Positions 13,246 through 25,032 of a stretch of DNA of 64,000 bases are shown here, piece by piece. A model generated the notes under the pieces. The model made no database searches, had not been told where the DNA came from, and worked only from the letters and a program-made list of their open reading frames with translations. A program made the position numbers and the translations under genes. Source of the stretch: Octopus bimaculoides (lineage: Eukaryota); assembly GCF_001194135.2 (NCBI RefSeq), contig NC_069003.1, positions 13,353,193-13,417,192 of the forward strand, in the 5' to 3' direction. Each line of letters starts with the position of its first letter. Within the stretch, counting starts at the first letter, position 1.

Positions 13246-13654
13246 CATAGCACATATATGACTGTTCACCATGTGGTTTTGAGTTCAGTCCCATTATGTG
13301 GCACTATAATCCTCAGGCCGACCAAAGCCTTGTGAGTGGATTTGGTAGACGGAATCTGAAAGAAGCCTGTCGATGTGTGTGTGTGTGTTTGTGTGTCTGT
13401 GTTTGTTCTCCCACCATTGCTTGACAACCAATATTGGTGTGTTTATATCCCCATAACTTAGCGGTTCGGTAAAACAGACTGATAGAATAAGTACTAGGCT
13501 TACAAAAAATAAGTCCTGAGATCAAATTGTTCAACTAGAAGGCAGTGCTACAGCATGGCCACAGTCAAAATGACTGAAACAAGTAAATGAACATATATAT
13601 ATATATATATGATAGATATATAGATATATATATTAATATTTGTTTTTATGTTCC

Positions 13655-13785
13655 GCTGTGGTTGACTTTGCCTTTCATCCTTTTGGCATTGGGTCGATAA
13701 ATTAAGTACCAGTTGCGTACTGGGTCGATGTAATCGGCTGGGCCCCTCCTCCAAAATTTCAGGCCTTGTGCCTAGAGTAGAAAAG
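13655..13785 (+). mobile_element. 5'-truncated SINE family F with 20-bp TSD
   Basis: Core gactttgcctttcatcct...gtcgataaattaagtaccag; direct repeat AATATTTGTTTTTATGTTCC at 13635-13654 and 13786-13805. Confidence 0.85.
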
Positions 13786-14666
13786 AATATTTGTTTTTAT
13801 GTTCCATTATAATAAAAACAATGTTACATTAATCTGATGGGTTACTCTATTTTTTCGTAGAGAACAAATTTATTATTCTTGCACAAGAATATTGTTAACA
13901 GTGACTTTGAAGTTTCAGCCAGCTAAGCCATTGTTGGACTGCAGTGCATTAGAATTTACCTTGCCTTTATATAGTCTCAATGAAATTTATGTGTATATTA
14001 GTTACTGGTAATTTAACATTATAACTTGTAGTCGTGATATATTAAGGAGTATGTAGCATTTTATTATTAACTTTTGAATGAGGAAATAATGTATTTCACT
14101 CATAAAAATATAAAATTAATTTCAATCATGTTTTGTTTTCGGAAAAATTTTATAAGGCTCGAACTTTCATTATAGTAGTATCTATGGAAGACTGGGAAGA
14201 TTATTATTTATATGGACTTAAAGATTGATCACAGTTTAGCATATAATTTAGTTTTTGCCGTTTACTATTAATACTGATACAATGTACATAGGTTTATATG
14301 TCTGTTGTAGTTTTATTCAAGTTAGTGTTTAATCCTGCCTATGTATTGATTGATTGTAATAATGTAGTTACTAAGCATTTTCTTTTATATTACACTATGG
14401 AAGACGGTAAGGATTATAATTTTGTTTGATTTAATAGAGTTGTCGCTGTTTAGTTACGTATTTAGGAGTGCTTGTAATTTACTTATGGAATTTATTTATT
14501 GATACGGTTGTACATTGGGTAAATGTGTTTGAAAGTTGTAGTTTCGTTGGTTTGTTTGTTCCCAAACAACACTTATAGTAGTGCTGTTGACACCACTGGA
14601 TTGAATGGTACTGCTCAGGTGTCAAAACCATAATATATCCATGGGGCAGCTGATGATGGAGACATG

Positions 14667-14789
14667 TTGGATTGTTGGTATGGCTGTTTTTGTACATGTG
14701 GAATAGTATTATTGGATTGTTGGTATGGCTGTTTTTGTACATGTGGAATAGTATTATTGGATTGTTGGTATGGCTGTGGAATAGTATTA
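14667..14789. repeat. 45-bp tandem repeat (2 exact units plus 1 deleted unit)
   Basis: TTGGATTGTTGGTATGGCTGTTTTTGTACATGTGGAATAGTATTA at 14667 and 14712; partial copy at 14757. Confidence 0.9.
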
Positions 14790-15006
14790 TAATGCATCCT
14801 TTTGATATATATATAAAAGAGATGATTGGAAAAACAATGGTTTTGTTATGAACTTCAATAGCTTACAGCTGTTTCTGCTATAAGATGCTGTGAACTTGTA
14901 GTTGAGTGCTTGAATAACATCCTATAGCTTCATCTATAGCTTCATCGTATGTTGGTGACACTTGCTTACAGCTAGCACATAATGTTATTGCAAGGAGACA
15001 GTAATA

Positions 15007-15050
<44 letters not shown>

Positions 15051-16344
15051 CTGTCTGTCTGTCTGTCTTGTCTCATGACAGGTTTCTTCTGTCTACTAAA
15101 TCTTCTCGCAAGGCTTTGGTCAGCCTGGGGCTATAGTAGAAGGTGCCAAGGTGATTTATGTATGTAAATGTATTTGCATACATGCAAGTATTGCATGCAT
15201 GCATAGTATGTATCCATGAGTGTATGCATGTACCTATGTATGTGTGTGTGTGTGTGTGCATGTGAGCTTGCGCTGGTGTGTATGTTGGCTACAAATTGAG
15301 AAAGCACTTATGCGGGTGTTGGTAGGACACCTGTGCTAGACAGGCCTAACAATTAACTGAAGGTTATCTGTCAACTTTGACACCCAAAACATTCCATTTA
15401 GTTGCTATACATATATATGTATATATATATTTATACATACACACACACACACATATATACATACATACATATACACATACACTTTGGACATTTTTAGCTG
15501 CTATCTACTAAAGATAGAACAAGCTGCTGCTCTCTTTTTTTCCCCCTAGTTTTTCTGCAACCCCCAATCACCCAACTCTTTTGTGTGTGTGTGTGTGTGT
15601 GTGAGGTGGTAGTATTAGGGTTAACTAATTGATGGTGCAGCTCCCCCATTTTTTTTTAGCTTGAGATGATGGGTGGGGGACCTTCAGAACGAGAGGGGAG
15701 AAAGTGTTATTTTGGAAAGTATTCACTGACTTTCTTGGCATTCCTATCCTTCCTCCCCCACAGCCAAAGTAAGGTAGATAGGGACTGTGTGAGAATGTGT
15801 GCATCTGTATAGTATGTGTGTGCGTTTGTGTGGTATAGAGTGTGTGTAGGTATGTATGGTGTTTAGTGAGTGTGTGTGTATGTATGTAGAATGTTGAGTG
15901 TGTGTATAATGTATTTATGCTTGTAAGTATAGTATGTAACTAATGGATTACATAGATACAGCATGGCCAAATGGTTAAGATGTTTGCTTCTCAGTCATTT
16001 GATTGCAAGTCCAATCCCACTGTGATGTCAGTCACATATGTCTCTTTACTACAGCCAGGAATTGACCTGAGTTTTGTTGGTGATATTGGCAGACAGAAAC
16101 TGTGCTGAAGCCTGTTTGGATGTTTGTATGCAATAATTCAAATCCCTAGCCTTATTGTGCCACGCAATGTCACACTGATTTTGTTTAAGAGACACACTAA
16201 GAGTACGTGCCTCTGTGGAGTAGTCAGCCATAAGTAAGAGAAGGGCATCTGGCTGTAGAAGAAAATCCTTTCTCTGTAGATTCTATGCAAGCATGGAAAA
16301 GTAGATGTTAAATGATCATGATGATGAATAATGATATATATATA

Positions 16345-17195
16345 CACTAGCTGACGTACCCGGTAATTCCTGGGAAAGTGGGGCTTATCCCTTGGTTTCA
16401 GTTCTCATAATTGTTTCGCTAATCCAATAACAACAATACAAAGCATGTAGCCCTTTAAAACGGTTTTTGTGCATTTACAGAGAATACCGAACTGTCTTAC
16501 AGAGGATCTTGTTTTTAGGAATTCCCAATAAGTTATGAATGCCCAAATTGTAAAGTCACTTATGTAATAACATGAAATTAGTTATCCGATAGTAAGAATT
16601 CAAATAAAGTAGCCCCGAAAAGGGCTTTAATGCGTTCCCAGAGTATATAGAACATAGAAGGAAATACTAATAAGGTATGTATACTAAAATCGTGAAGCAT
16701 GTTACGTAATAACAGGCTAATCAGATATGAGGCAATAACAATTCAAAGTAAATAACACTGAAAAGGGCTTTTGTGCATTCCCAAACAATATTACCATCAG
16801 GGGCGCTAGTGTTGTTGTATTCAGGAATAAGTCACTAACAAAATAAGTGGATCTATTGTTTAGGAAAATACTATTTACTTGTTTAAGGGTTGTACTGGGT
16901 AAATTGTGAAAATAACTCTAACAATTCAAATACTAAGAAATAAGCATACTCAGTTTCATTTTTACCAAATAGTTTACGAAAATGAATGGGTTCTTTCCCT
17001 TGGCTATATATAAGGATCCCTTCCAGGGGCCCTATTATCGATTTTTTTTCAACAATTTGCGTATGCCATGAGGTTTCCAGACATGAGTTCTACTCATGTG
17101 TCAAGTTTCATCAAAATCGCTAAAACAATGTAGGAGGAATTAGTTAACAACTTCCCAAACACTCCCACAGACAGAATTTCCCACATATGTAGTAT
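16345..17195 (+). mobile_element. Non-autonomous Helitron/Helentron-like element (HINE/Lep1/DINE-type)
   Basis: 5' end ACTAGCTGACGTACCCGG...CCTGGG. The 3' region has gtgtcaagtttcatcaaaatcg...acagacaga...tagtat, the layout typical of this element class. It carries internal diverged ~150-160-bp repeats and is inserted in (TA)n without an evident TSD. Confidence 0.65.
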
Positions 17196-17639
17196 ATATA
17201 TATNNNNNNNNNNNNNNNNNNNNNNNNNNNNNNNNNNNNNNNNNNNNNNNNNNNNNNNNNNNNNNNNNNNNNNNNNNNNNNNNNNNNNNNNNNNNNNNNN
17301 NNNNNNNNNNNNNNNNNNNNNNNNNNNNNNNNNNNNNNNNNNNNNNNNNNNNNNNNNNNNNNNNNNNNNNNNNNNNNNNNNNNNNNNNNNNNNNNNNNNN
17401 NNNNNNNNNNNNNNNNNNNNNNNNNNNNNNNNNNNNNNNNNNNNNNNNNNNNNNNNNNNNNNNNNNNNNNNNNNNNNNNNNNNNNNNNNNNNNNNNNNNN
17501 NNNNNNNNNNNNNNNNNNNNNNNNNNNNNNNNNNNNNNNNNNNNNNNNNNNNNNNNNNNNNNNNNNNNNNNNNNNNNNNNNNNNNNNNNNNNNNNNNNNN
17601 NNNNNNNNNNNNNNNNNNNNNTATATATATATATATATG

Positions 17640-17883
17640 CAGTGTGGCCCAAAAGTAGGTTTACAGTTATCACATAGGCACTTTAAATTTCTTTTAAAAC
17701 ATTTTATTACATTTAAATTTCTATCTTACAAACTGAAAAGGGAGCTTGACAAAATTAACTAAATTAGCATAGAATAATGGTTTCATATTTCTTTTTTTTT
17801 TAATTAATATCTAAACTGTTAATATATGAATGCAAAAGAGATAGTTGAATAACTAACTGTAAACCTACTTTTGGGCCACCCTG
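17640..17883. mobile_element. Tc1/mariner-type MITE, 244 bp, 30-bp TIRs
   Basis: CAGTGTGGCCCAAAAGTAGGTTTACAGTTA (17640-17669) versus its reverse complement at 17854-17883, one mismatch. Right flank TA; lies in a (TA)n run. Confidence 0.9.
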
Positions 17884-18555
17884 TATATATATATATATAG
17901 GTTAAAGCTACCATTGGTTTCATATTAAGGCAAGTCCCTCAACACTAACCAAGCCTAACATGAAACCAATGTGGTTGTATATTTATATGTGTGTATATAT
18001 AGAATGTATATTGTTGCTCCTAGTATATTATCCTATCTCTTATAAGTCTGGTTCTTATTCTATCAATCTCTATTGTCGGACTGCTAAGTTACGGCAATGC
18101 AAACACAGGAACACTGGCTGTTAAATGGTGGTGGAGGGGGGGGTCACACAAAGAGACGCACATAGATATGTACATATATATATATGTGTATGAAGGGCTT
18201 CTTTCAATTTCTGTCTACCAAATCCACTCACAAGGCTTTGGTTGGTCCAAGGCTATAGTAGAAAACACCTGCTCAATGTACCACACAGTGGGACTGAATC
18301 TGGAATCATGTACTTGGGAAGCAAGCTTCTTACCACACAGCTATGCCTGCGCCTACAGACAGAATCAGCCAAAAGTTTTGTTTGTTTTTGCATTACAGTC
18401 ACAAACTAACACACACACGTGAGTGCACTCTGACTCACACACCTGAGTGAACTCTGACACGCACACACGTGAGTGCACTCTGACGCACATGCACACACAC
18501 ACACACACACATTGGTATTTTTTGTTGTAATTCCCTTTTTTCTTAAACCCTCTCA

Positions 18556-19062
18556 GGCACAGGAGTGGTAAGTAGCTTGCTTACCAACCACATGGTTCCG
18601 GGTTCATTCCCACTGTGTGTTGCCTTGGGCAAGTGTCCTGTACTATAGCCTCAAGCTGACCAAAGCCTTGTGAGTGGATTCGGTAGATGGAAACTGAAAG
18701 AAGCCTGTTGTGTATAATATATATGAATATAAATATTTTATAATTTTATACATAATTATAATAAGGGCTTGGTTTATAATTGGTAAAAATTATCTATGAT
18801 TTTACCCTTATTATTATTATTATTATATACATATATATATATATATATATATGTATATGTTTCTGTGTTTGTCCCCCACCATCACTTGACCACTGATGCT
18901 GGTGTGTTTACGTCCCCGTAACTTAGCGGTTCGGCTTAAGAGTCTGATAGAATAAGTACCAGGCTTACAAACAATAAGTCCTGGGGTCAGTTTGTTTGAC
19001 TAAAAATAAGGCAGTGCTCCAGCATGGCCACAGTCAAATTACTGAAACAAATAAAATAATAA
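18556..19062 (+). mobile_element. tRNA-derived SINE family A, long copy
   Basis: ggcacaggagtgg head, GGTTCATTCCC B-box, gggcaagtgtc...gtgagtggatt core, internal AT/GT microsatellite, and ccagcatggccacagtcaaat tail. Confidence 0.85.
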
Positions 19063-20138
19063 AACTAATAAATACTGTTTTACTCCTCCTCCTCCTCCTC
19101 CAACTTCTGGGGTAGAGCCCCTCCCCCTTCTCTCACTCCTTGTTCTCCACATCCCTTCAGTACTCATGTTGCGGTAGTCATGACAACCAGACTCTTGTTG
19201 CTGGATGTCGAATGTTCAGTTCTTCATGTTCTTGTGTTCTTTGTTGAAAAGGAGTGGAACAGATGCCTTGTGGGTGACAAGTTGTGCAATGTGAGCTAGG
19301 TTAGCTACTCATCCCACCCCAACCACCACCCCTGATATATAACTACATATTTTTCTTTTTCTTTACTAGTTTCAGCTCAAGAGCTGTGGCCATGCTGGGG
19401 CACTGCCATTACTGCTGGGATATATAATCTTTTGCCTGTTTCAGTCATTGGACTGTGGCCATGTTGGGTGTAATGCCTTAGATGTTCTGAAGGTTTTTAG
19501 TCAAATGAATCGATCCCAGTTCTTATCTTTTAAACCTGGTATTTATTCTATGAGTTTCTTTTGTTTAACTGCTGCGTCACAAGGATGTAAACAAACCAAC
19601 ACTAGTTGGCAAGTGGTGGTTGCGGACAGACTCACACACACACATACACACGCTCTCTCTCTCTCTCTCTCTCCCTTTCTCTCTCTCCCTTTCTCTCTCT
19701 CTCCCTTTCTCTCTCTCCCCCTTTCTCTCTCCCTCCCTTTCTCTCTCTCTCCCTTTCTCTCTCTCTCCCTTTCTCTCTCTTCCTCTCTTTCAGTTTCTGT
19801 CTACCAAATCCACTCACAAGGTTTTGGTCGGCCTGGGCCATAGTCAAAGATACTTGCTCTAGATACCATGCAATGGGACTGAACCTGGGGCCATGTGTTT
19901 GGGAAGCAAACTTCTTGTCACACAGCCACACCTGTGCTCCAGCATGACCAGATCTGAATGACTGAAGCTTGTAAAAGGATAAAAGGATATATATATATAT
20001 AGACTGTAGCCATACTGGGGTACTGCCTTGAGGAATTTTTAGTCAAATGAATCAACCCTCAGTGCCTGCTTATCCTATCAGCTTCTTTTGCTGAACATGT
20101 TAACACACCAACACCTGTTGTCAAGTGGAACTGGGGGA

Positions 20139-20169
<31 letters not shown>

Positions 20170-21773
20170 GATGGGCTTCTTTCAGTTTCTGCCTATCAAA
20201 TCCACTCAGAAGATTTTAGTCGGCTTGAGGCTTTAGTAGAAGACACTTGCCCAATGTGCCATACGGTGAGACTGAAACCTAAACCATGTGGTTGGGAAGC
20301 AAGTTTCTTATCACACAGCCACACCTGTGCCTGCACACACACACATATGATGATGATATATATACCCTGCAGTAGAATTTGGTAACTCTTTGGGTGGGGC
20401 TTTTGAATAAATCCTACTGCCTCCCCCACCTTTCTCTTGGTATCATTTTTCTACTGTTATCGTACTATCTTTATCATCATCTCAATCATCATCATCACCA
20501 TTATCAGTATAAGCAACATTTATCAGCTTTATCATTGTCATCATCATCAGCAGCAGCATTACCACCACCATCACCAATATCACTATCACCATCACTCACT
20601 ATCACCATCACTCACTATCACCATCACTCACTATCACTCATCACCACCACCATCAAATTTTGTCATTACTCTAAACTGGTATTTGCAATAGAGTTAATCA
20701 AACTGGCCACTTTCACAGTGGATATACTAATCCTACGAGTGGTGATGATGCATTTGTGCAGCTATACATGCATGTGTAATAATCCTTAATGAACACAGCT
20801 TCTGGCAAACTCTAATGAATTCCATAAACACTTTTCTGTTCGTCCGATTTAGATGTAAGCATGGCTGTGTGATGAGAAGTTTGCTTGCCACTGTGCGGCA
20901 CACTGGGAAAATGTCTTCTACTACGGTCCCAGGCTGACTGAAGCCCCATGAATGGATTTGGTAGACTGAAACTGAAAGAAGCCTGTTTGTGTGCGCATGT
21001 GCATGTGTGTGTGTGTGTCTCTGTTTGTCCCCCACCACTACTTCACAAACCTGTGTTGGTTTGTTGACATCTTCATAACTTAACAGTTTGGCAAAAGAGA
21101 CCGATAGAATAAGTACCAGGCTTAACCCTCTAGTGTTTAAACTGGCCATATCCAACCTGAATATTCTCCATGTTTTATGTTCAAACAGGTCAAATCCAGA
21201 CTCTTACACTTATCCTACAATGTCATTTTTAAAGATAAACAGTCACATTGTCAAAATTTCAAAGCTGTGAGATAATGCATAATTAATTCAAAACAATGTG
21301 AATATATAAGCATTACTTGACAGAGTAATCTAAATGCCAAAGGGTTAGAAAAAAAGGTAGGGACTGAGATAGATTTGTTTGATTAAAAGCCTTTTAAGGC
21401 AGTGCCCCAGCATGGCCACAGACAACTAAGTGTAACAAATAAAAGATGAAAGAGAAAAGCTTATACTACATGGAATTTTTTGTTCTCTTAGAAAATTCCA
21501 TTCCTTCACCTTGTTTCAATTAAGCATCTAAGCATCTTCACGATTTTCATTGTCAGACTCCCATCTGTTCTGTAGAATTTGAAATACACACCTTACACTG
21601 CCATTCAACACAGCACTGACTTGCAGTCTTGCAGTTGTTCTGTTTGTTATATTTTATATTTTTATTTTTATTTTTTTTTTTGGAGCTTCTACTTCTACTA
21701 GTGATGGTGCTGTTGTTTCTATGAGAGAAAATTTGGGACTCATGCCAAATGTTTAAGATGTAAGCGTCTGCTG

Positions 21774-21804
<31 letters not shown>

Positions 21805-23305
21805 ATAGATATGTGCACATACACATATATACATAAATATATATATACACACACATAAACATTCTCTGATATGTATATTTATATATGTGTGTGTGTGTGT
21901 ATAGGTATGCGCANNNNNNNNNNNNNNNNNNNNNNNNNNNNNNNNNNNNNNNNNNNNNNNNNNNNNNNNNNNNNNNNNNNNNNNNNNNNNNNNNNNNNNN
22001 NNNNNNNNNNNNNNNNNNNNNNNNNNNNNNNNNNNNNNNNNNNNNNNNNNNNNNNNNNNNNNNNNNNNNNNNNNNNNNNNNNNNNNNNNNNNNNNNNNNN
22101 NNNNNNNNNNNNNNNNNNNNNNNNNNNNNNNNNNNNNNNNNNNNNNNNNNNNNNNNNNNNNNNNNNNNNNNNNNNNNNNNNNNNNNNNNNNNNNNNNNNN
22201 NNNNNNNNNNNNNNNNNNNNNNNNNNNNNNNNNNNNNNNNNNNNNNNNNNNNNNNNNNNNNNNNNNNNNNNNNNNNNNNNNNNNNNNNNNNNNNNNNNNN
22301 NNNNNNNNNNNNNNNNNNNNNNNNNNNNNNNNNNNNNNNNNNNNNNNNNNNNNNNNNNNNNNNNNNNNNNNNNNNNNNNNNNNNNNNNNNNNNNNNNNNN
22401 NNNNNNNNNNNNNNNNNNNNNNNNNNNNNNNNNNNNNNNNNNNNNNNNNNNNNNNNNNNNNNNNNNNNNNNNNNNNNNNNNNNNNNNNNNNNNNNNNNNN
22501 NNNNNNNNNNNNNNNNNNNNNNNNNNNNNNNNNNNNNNNNNNNNNNNNNNNNNNNNNNNNNNNNNNNNNNNNNNNNNNNNNNNNNNNNNNNNNNNNNNNN
22601 NNNNNNNNNNNNNNNNNNNNNNNNNNNNNNNNNNNNNNNNNNNNNNNNNNNNNNNNNNNNNNNNNNNNNNNNNNNNNNNNNNNNNNNNNNNNNNNNNNNN
22701 NNNNNNNNNNNNNNNNNNNNNNNNNNNNNNNNNNNNNNNNNNNNNNNNNNNNNNNNNNNNNNNNNNNNNTCCCTGCTCCTCATACTTTCTCTATCCCTAT
22801 CTCAACCCCACTCTATCCTTTCCCTGCCCAACACCCTCCACACCCTATTCTCCCATACTCCCCCCCCATGCACACTCTTCAGATGTTAGACCTTTCATAT
22901 CACCCCCCCCCCATGGAAGTAACAATTATTGCTCTTATTCTTCTGAGATGTGGTAAACCCTTCCCTCTTGTGCAACCACGACTGACCTACTTGTTTCTAA
23001 CACCAAATCTAGGTCACTGTGTTCCCCACCCTCCAATTTCCTTCTGGCAGTTGAGCATGATCGAATCTTTACAATCTTTACGTTTAGGGTTCTTAACCTT
23101 TTAGGTGTTTAAACTAGCCCAAATATTCTACGTTTTACATTCAAACTGGCCATATCTGGCCTCTCACACCTAACCAACAACGTCATTCTGATAATAAACA
23201 ATTGCATCATTGAAACCTCAAAGCTACAAGATATTGCATGATTAATTCGAAACAATTTGAAAAAACATTACTTTAAAAGGTTAAGCAACAATTTAGCTTC
23301 TAGAA

Positions 23306-23558
23306 CAGTGGTCCACCTCAACCAGGATCCATATGGCTCTTGGGGGATCCCTATAAGATTTTGTAGCCAAAATTTATCTGCAATAAATTGCTTATACTTC
23401 TACAATACTCAAAATATTTAAATTTTATTTTCATACAATTCCTCTAATATAAAAATATAATGGGATATTTTAAAATGCCAAATGGGTATGAGGCCCCACC
23501 TGAATAAGATAGGAATCAAAATGGGGGTCCACAGGTAAAAAATGGTTGAGAATCACTG
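23306..23558. mobile_element. hAT (Charlie-like) MITE
   Basis: CAGTGG...CTCAACC / GGTTGAGAATCACTG termini; 8-bp TSD TTCTAGAA / CTCTAGAA (NTCTAGAN, the Charlie target consensus). Confidence 0.85.
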
Positions 23559-23569
23559 CTCTAGAATAA

Positions 23570-23783
23570 TGGTTTCAAATTTTGCCACAACGGCAGCAAT
23601 TTTGGGGAGGGGATGAGTCGATTACATCAACCTCAGTGTTCAACTGGTACTTATTTTATTGACCCCGAAAGGATGAAAGGCAAAGTTGATCTCAGCGGAG
23701 TTTGAACCCAGAACGTAAAGACAGACAAAATGCCACTCAACATTTTACCTGGCATGCTAATGACTCTGCCAGCTTGCTGCCTT
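23570..23783 (-). mobile_element. tRNA-derived SINE family F with perfect 15-bp TSD
   Basis: Minus-strand head aaggcagcaagctggcag, B-box GGTTCAAACTCC, central actttgcctttcatcctttcggggtc domain. ACTGCTCTAGAATAA is duplicated at 23555-23569 and 23784-23798. Confidence 0.9.
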
Positions 23784-24114
23784 ACTGCTCTAGAATAACG
23801 ACAGTTTGGTTGTGACTGGAACACCATTGATTATAGGTCTTTCTGATCAGAGCTGCTAAACAACAAAGACAGCAATAACAGGCCTCTAGGTTGCTAAATC
23901 TATCTTGAATCACAGTCTGCAAAAGTAGGATGCATTGGATACTATATAGCTCAAGGACTGAAATAGGCCTAACCAACAATAACAAGGTAGAAACACATTG
24001 GAGCATTGTAGTCTTTGATACACCATGTCTATCTAAAAAATGGATGTTTACAACTGGACTATTTTTCTTGTTGTGGTTCTGCTTGATTAGGGCTGGTCCA
24101 GGGTTAAAGAATAT

Positions 24115-24331
24115 TGGTTTCAAATTTTGGCACAAAGCCATCAATTTTGGGGGTAGGGGATAAGTTGATTATATTAATCCCAGTGTTCAACTGGTACTTA
24201 TTTTATCAACCCCAAAAGGATGAAAGGCAGAATCTACCTCCGCGTAATTTGAACTCAGAACATAAAGAGGAGCGAAATGCCACGAAACATTTTGCCCAGC
24301 ATGTTATCATTTCTGCCAACTCTCCCTGCTT
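24115..24331 (-). mobile_element. SINE family F copy
   Basis: Colinear with 23570-23783; GGTTAAAGAATA duplicated at 24102-24113 and 24335-24346. Confidence 0.85.
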
Positions 24332-25032
24332 ACAGGTTAAAGAATAACGACACGGAAGAGCACATTGGATAATGTAGCCCTAGGTATACTGTGTCTGAAA
24401 AATTACAAAAAAGAATAAAATAAAATAAAGAACTGGTATGTTTACTGGAATAGGTTTGTCTTGATCATTGGCGACCTGGGGTTAAACAATAACAAAATCT
24501 ATCATAGCTACCCTACCATAACACCTCTGATGATCCCTATCAATTAGTCAACCTTTTTACCTTACATTGTTTACCTGTTTTATTCATTGGACTGTGGCCA
24601 TTCTGGGACCCCACTTTGAAGGGTTTTAGTTGAATAAATCAACTCTAGTACTTCTTTCTTTCTTTCTTTCTTTTTTGAACCCTTTAGCATTCAGATTATT
24701 CTGTCAAATGCAATGCTTATTTATTCGCATTGTTTTGACTTAATCGTGCATTGTTTTGAAGCTTCAAGTGTTTGATGATGTGATTGCTTATTTTTAGAAT
24801 GACATTGTTGGGTAGGTGTGAGAGGCCAGATCTGACCTATCTAAGTAGAATTTTTTGGCCTGATATGGCTGGATTAGATGTTAAAGGCTTAAATGCTAAA
24901 AGGATACTTATTCTGTTGATTTCTTTTATCAAATAACAAATCTACAAGGATGTAAACAAACTAACACCAGTCATCAAGTAGTGGTGGAAGACACACACAG
25001 ACACAAACACACACACACACACACACACACAC

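Noticed and set aside
23930-24163. KKWMF resembling the CHERP CID motif KNWMF
   Set aside because: A five-residue match only; the flanking residues do not fit the CID domain and there is no acceptor site.
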